From NCBI GenBank assembly GCA_963804165.1, contig CAWDPO010000041.1, positions 32,001-96,000 of the forward strand: a stretch of DNA of 64,000 bases, written 5' to 3'. The position numbers and the translations under genes were made by a program. This document shows positions 61,756 to 64,000 of the stretch, one piece after another (position 1 is the stretch's first letter; every line of letters begins with the position of its first letter). The notes under the pieces are model-generated. The model made no database searches, was not told the origin of the DNA, and saw only the letters and a program-made list of their open reading frames with translations. The stretch comes from an uncultured delta proteobacterium (GTDB taxonomy: Bacteria; Desulfobacterota; Binatia; UBA9968).

Positions 61756-63309
61756 TCACGCGATTTTCATATCCCAACCGAGCACTTTTTCGTCGGGTCT
61801 CATTTTCCAGGAGAGGTTTTTCGCCGCGCCGTAGATGGACGCGAGATTGTAGAGCGGCACGAACGGGATGTCGTCCATAAGTATTTTTCCCGCCTGCTGC
61901 AACAGGGCGACGCGTTTCTTGGGGTCGGCGATCATTTGCTCTTCATCGATGAGTTTGTCGAACGCGGGATTGCTGTAATTGCAGCGTTTGGTGGTGCCGG
62001 TGCGAAAATACTGATCGTAGAACGTATCCGCGTCGGTCAATGAGCCGCGATTGTTGTAATAGAAGGGCAGCTTACCGCCGTTGACGCCTTCCGGTCCCCA
62101 GAACAGCGCCCATTCCTGCGAGATGAGTTCCACTCGAAAGCCGCCCTTGACCATCTGGGCCGCGACCGCCTGGCAGACTTCGCGGTCTTTAGGATAGCGG
62201 CCAGCGGAATAGTAGAGCGGCACATCGCAGCCGTTGGGATAGCCGGCCTGCGCCAAAAGTTGTTTCGCTTTCTGCGGATCGTACGGATAGCGTTTCAGTT
62301 TGGGATCTGCGCCGATGACACGCGGTCCGACCGGACCATCGACCGTGTAGCCAATGCCATCGAAAATATTTTTGACGATGGCCGGCGCGTCGACGCAGTA
62401 GTTGATCGCCTGACGCACGAGCTTGTTGTCGAAAGGCTTGTAGGCGACGTTCATCATCAGAAAATACATCTCCAAGCCTTCGATCTGGTCGACGCGGATG
62501 CGCGGATGACGCTGCAAGCGCGCCACTTCATGGACAGGAACGGCGTTGATGAAGTCTGCCTGGCCCGACTCCAACGCCGCCAGGCGCGCCGCATCCTCAG
62601 TGACTTTGCGAAAGACTACTTCTTTGATCGCTGCCTTGCCGCCCCAGTAGTCGTCGTTGCGGGTGAACACTATATTGCCGCCGCGCTGGAAACTGACGAA
62701 TTTATAGGGACCGGTGCCGACGAGATTCTGATACAACTGATCGCCGTACTTATCGCCGGCGACTTTGCTGACGAGGTAACGGTTGCGCAATCGATCGAGG
62801 AAAATCGCGAGAGGCTGCTTGGTGACGAAGATTACCGTGTGATCGTCCGGCGTTTGGATTTCAGTCACGTCGTTGAAATTCGACGCTTGCAAGCTGCCGC
62901 CTTTTTCGTCGCGCATCTTCTCCACCGAGAACACGACATCTTTCGAAGTCAGCGGCGCGCCGTTGTGAAATTTGACGCCCTTTCGCAGTTTGAACACCCA
63001 GCGTTTCCCTTGAAACTCCCACGACTCGGCGAGGACGCCGACCCAAGTTTTTTTGGTATAGTCCAATTCCACCAGCGGCTCGATGACATGCTGCCAGTTG
63101 CCATAGATCGAGCCGGAACTTTGTTGATAGGGATTGATCGAGTCGGCGACGGTATTTTGATAGATCGTGACGCGGTCTCTGGATGCCGCATGCGCGTTGC
63201 GGAAAGGATAAGGCGCTGCCAATACCCCGACGCCGAGCGCGGCGCTCGTCTTGAAAAAATCTCTGCGGCTAATCTCCCTGGTTTCGTTAGCCATGGGATT
63301 CTCCTTCAA
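61756..63309 (-). CDS. Peptide/nickel-type ABC substrate-binding protein (family 5) with Tat signal
   Basis: SRRDFFK Tat motif; LAESW, F.LRKGVKFHNG, GTGPYK, VRQAIN, AKQLL..AGY. Confidence 0.92.
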   Translation of the reverse strand: MKENPMANETREISRRDFFKTSAALGVGVLAAPYPFRNAHAASRDRVTIYQNTVADSINPYQQSSGSIYGNWQHVIEPLVELDYTKKTWVGVLAESWEFQGKRWVFKLRKGVKFHNGAPLTSKDVVFSVEKMRDEKGGSLQASNFNDVTEIQTPDDHTVIFVTKQPLAIFLDRLRNRYLVSKVAGDKYGDQLYQNLVGTGPYKFVSFQRGGNIVFTRNDDYWGGKAAIKEVVFRKVTEDAARLAALESGQADFINAVPVHEVARLQRHPRIRVDQIEGLEMYFLMMNVAYKPFDNKLVRQAINYCVDAPAIVKNIFDGIGYTVDGPVGPRVIGADPKLKRYPYDPQKAKQLLAQAGYPNGCDVPLYYSAGRYPKDREVCQAVAAQMVKGGFRVELISQEWALFWGPEGVNGGKLPFYYNNRGSLTDADTFYDQYFRTGTTKRCNYSNPAFDKLIDEEQMIADPKKRVALLQQAGKILMDDIPFVPLYNLASIYGAAKNLSWKMRPDEKVLGWDMKIA

Positions 63310-63344
63310 GCTTCATTCGTACCTTCATGCTACCAACTAGCTTT

Positions 63345-63450
63345 TGTCATTCTGAGGAGTATAGCGACGAAGAATCTGCTTTGGGTCTTCATGGTTTGAT
63401 CAGATTCTATAATTTCCAAACCAGATGCTTCACTTCGTTCATCTATGAAA
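63345..63450. repeat. REP-like palindrome (TGTCATTCTGAG...GAAGAATCT / AGATGCTTC...)
   Basis: Same family as 60497-60523, with degenerate inverse arm at 63423-63450. Confidence 0.5.
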
Positions 63451-63646
63451 GCTTTGTCAAGGTGGCTGATATTCACATATCGATATTCCGTCAAAGGTTT
63501 TGAACAAACTTACTCATATCGTCCGTAGTCCTGCGCACCCGATGTTATCGGACTCATCTATTCGCCGTCTTAAGCGGCAGAGGAAAATGCCACAGGGCTG
63601 TCGCAATCAGCATTCGAGCCTTGTTTGGCTCATGAGCGAAACGCGC

Positions 63647-64000
63647 TTAGCCCCGCGTGGACGACATCGGTTCCCGATAGGACTCTCCCTTCTTAAGCAT
63701 CCAGAAAGCCGCCTCGGCCAAGTGTCGGGCGACCGCCACAATCGCTTTGCCATGACCGCGCCTGGCTTTGACGTTTTCATACAGCCGGCTGATATGTCGG
63801 TACTGGCAGCGCTCGCGGTTGAGCACCGCGCTGTTGGCCGCCTCGACGAAGGCCCACTTGAGATACAGGTTCACATCTTTGCGCACCCGCCCGTAGCGGA
63901 TCTTGCCGCCACTGGAGTTCTCTCGCGGTACCAGTCCCGCATAGCTCGCCAACTGTTCGGCTCGGCCAAAGCGTTCGATGGTGCCGATCTCAGTCCAAAT
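63647..64000 (-). mobile_element. IS110-family transposase, C-terminal part (5' end outside window)
   Basis: EIG.I.RF....QLASYAGLVP...SSGGK...G, N.YLKWAFVEAA, KAIVAVARHL. Confidence 0.92.

Noticed and set aside
1-64000. tRNA-Sec (selC), selA/selB/selD, rRNA or tRNA genes
   Set aside because: None recognised by eye; the Sec machinery must lie elsewhere if the recoding call is right

Overview
GC-rich bacterial chromosomal window. The gene content (many NMT1/SsuA and Bug binding proteins, LLM, UbiD, XDH-family) is reminiscent of Candidatus Binatia-like soil bacteria; this is inference only. The main signal is a ~7 kb redox locus (18.4-25.7 kb) in which six genes split by the ORF track are each one reading frame interrupted by a single in-frame TGA at the catalytic Cys position. 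They are two peroxiredoxin-like proteins (W-U-P-Y-C), three AhpD-like proteins (C-x-x-U) and one OsmC-like protein. Each TGA is followed by a SECIS-like hairpin, and the three AhpD hairpins show a compensatory base change. This putative selenoprotein cluster also holds Cys-containing AhpD and OsmC paralogs, a reductive-dehalogenase-like B12/2x[4Fe-4S] protein and a GST. Next to it lie a canonical attC gene cassette (DUF302) and an IS91-transposase plus tyrosine-recombinase element whose ends look like integron cassette boundaries. Elsewhere: an XDH-family/cyclic amidohydrolase/ABC/UbiD catabolic region, three tandem ~720-aa secreted CxxCH beta-propeller paralogs of unknown function, cysD-cysNC, tex, several short palindromic repeats, and a partial IS110 at the right edge. 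About eight genes carry single-base indels, probably assembly errors. No rRNA, tRNA or CRISPR array was seen.
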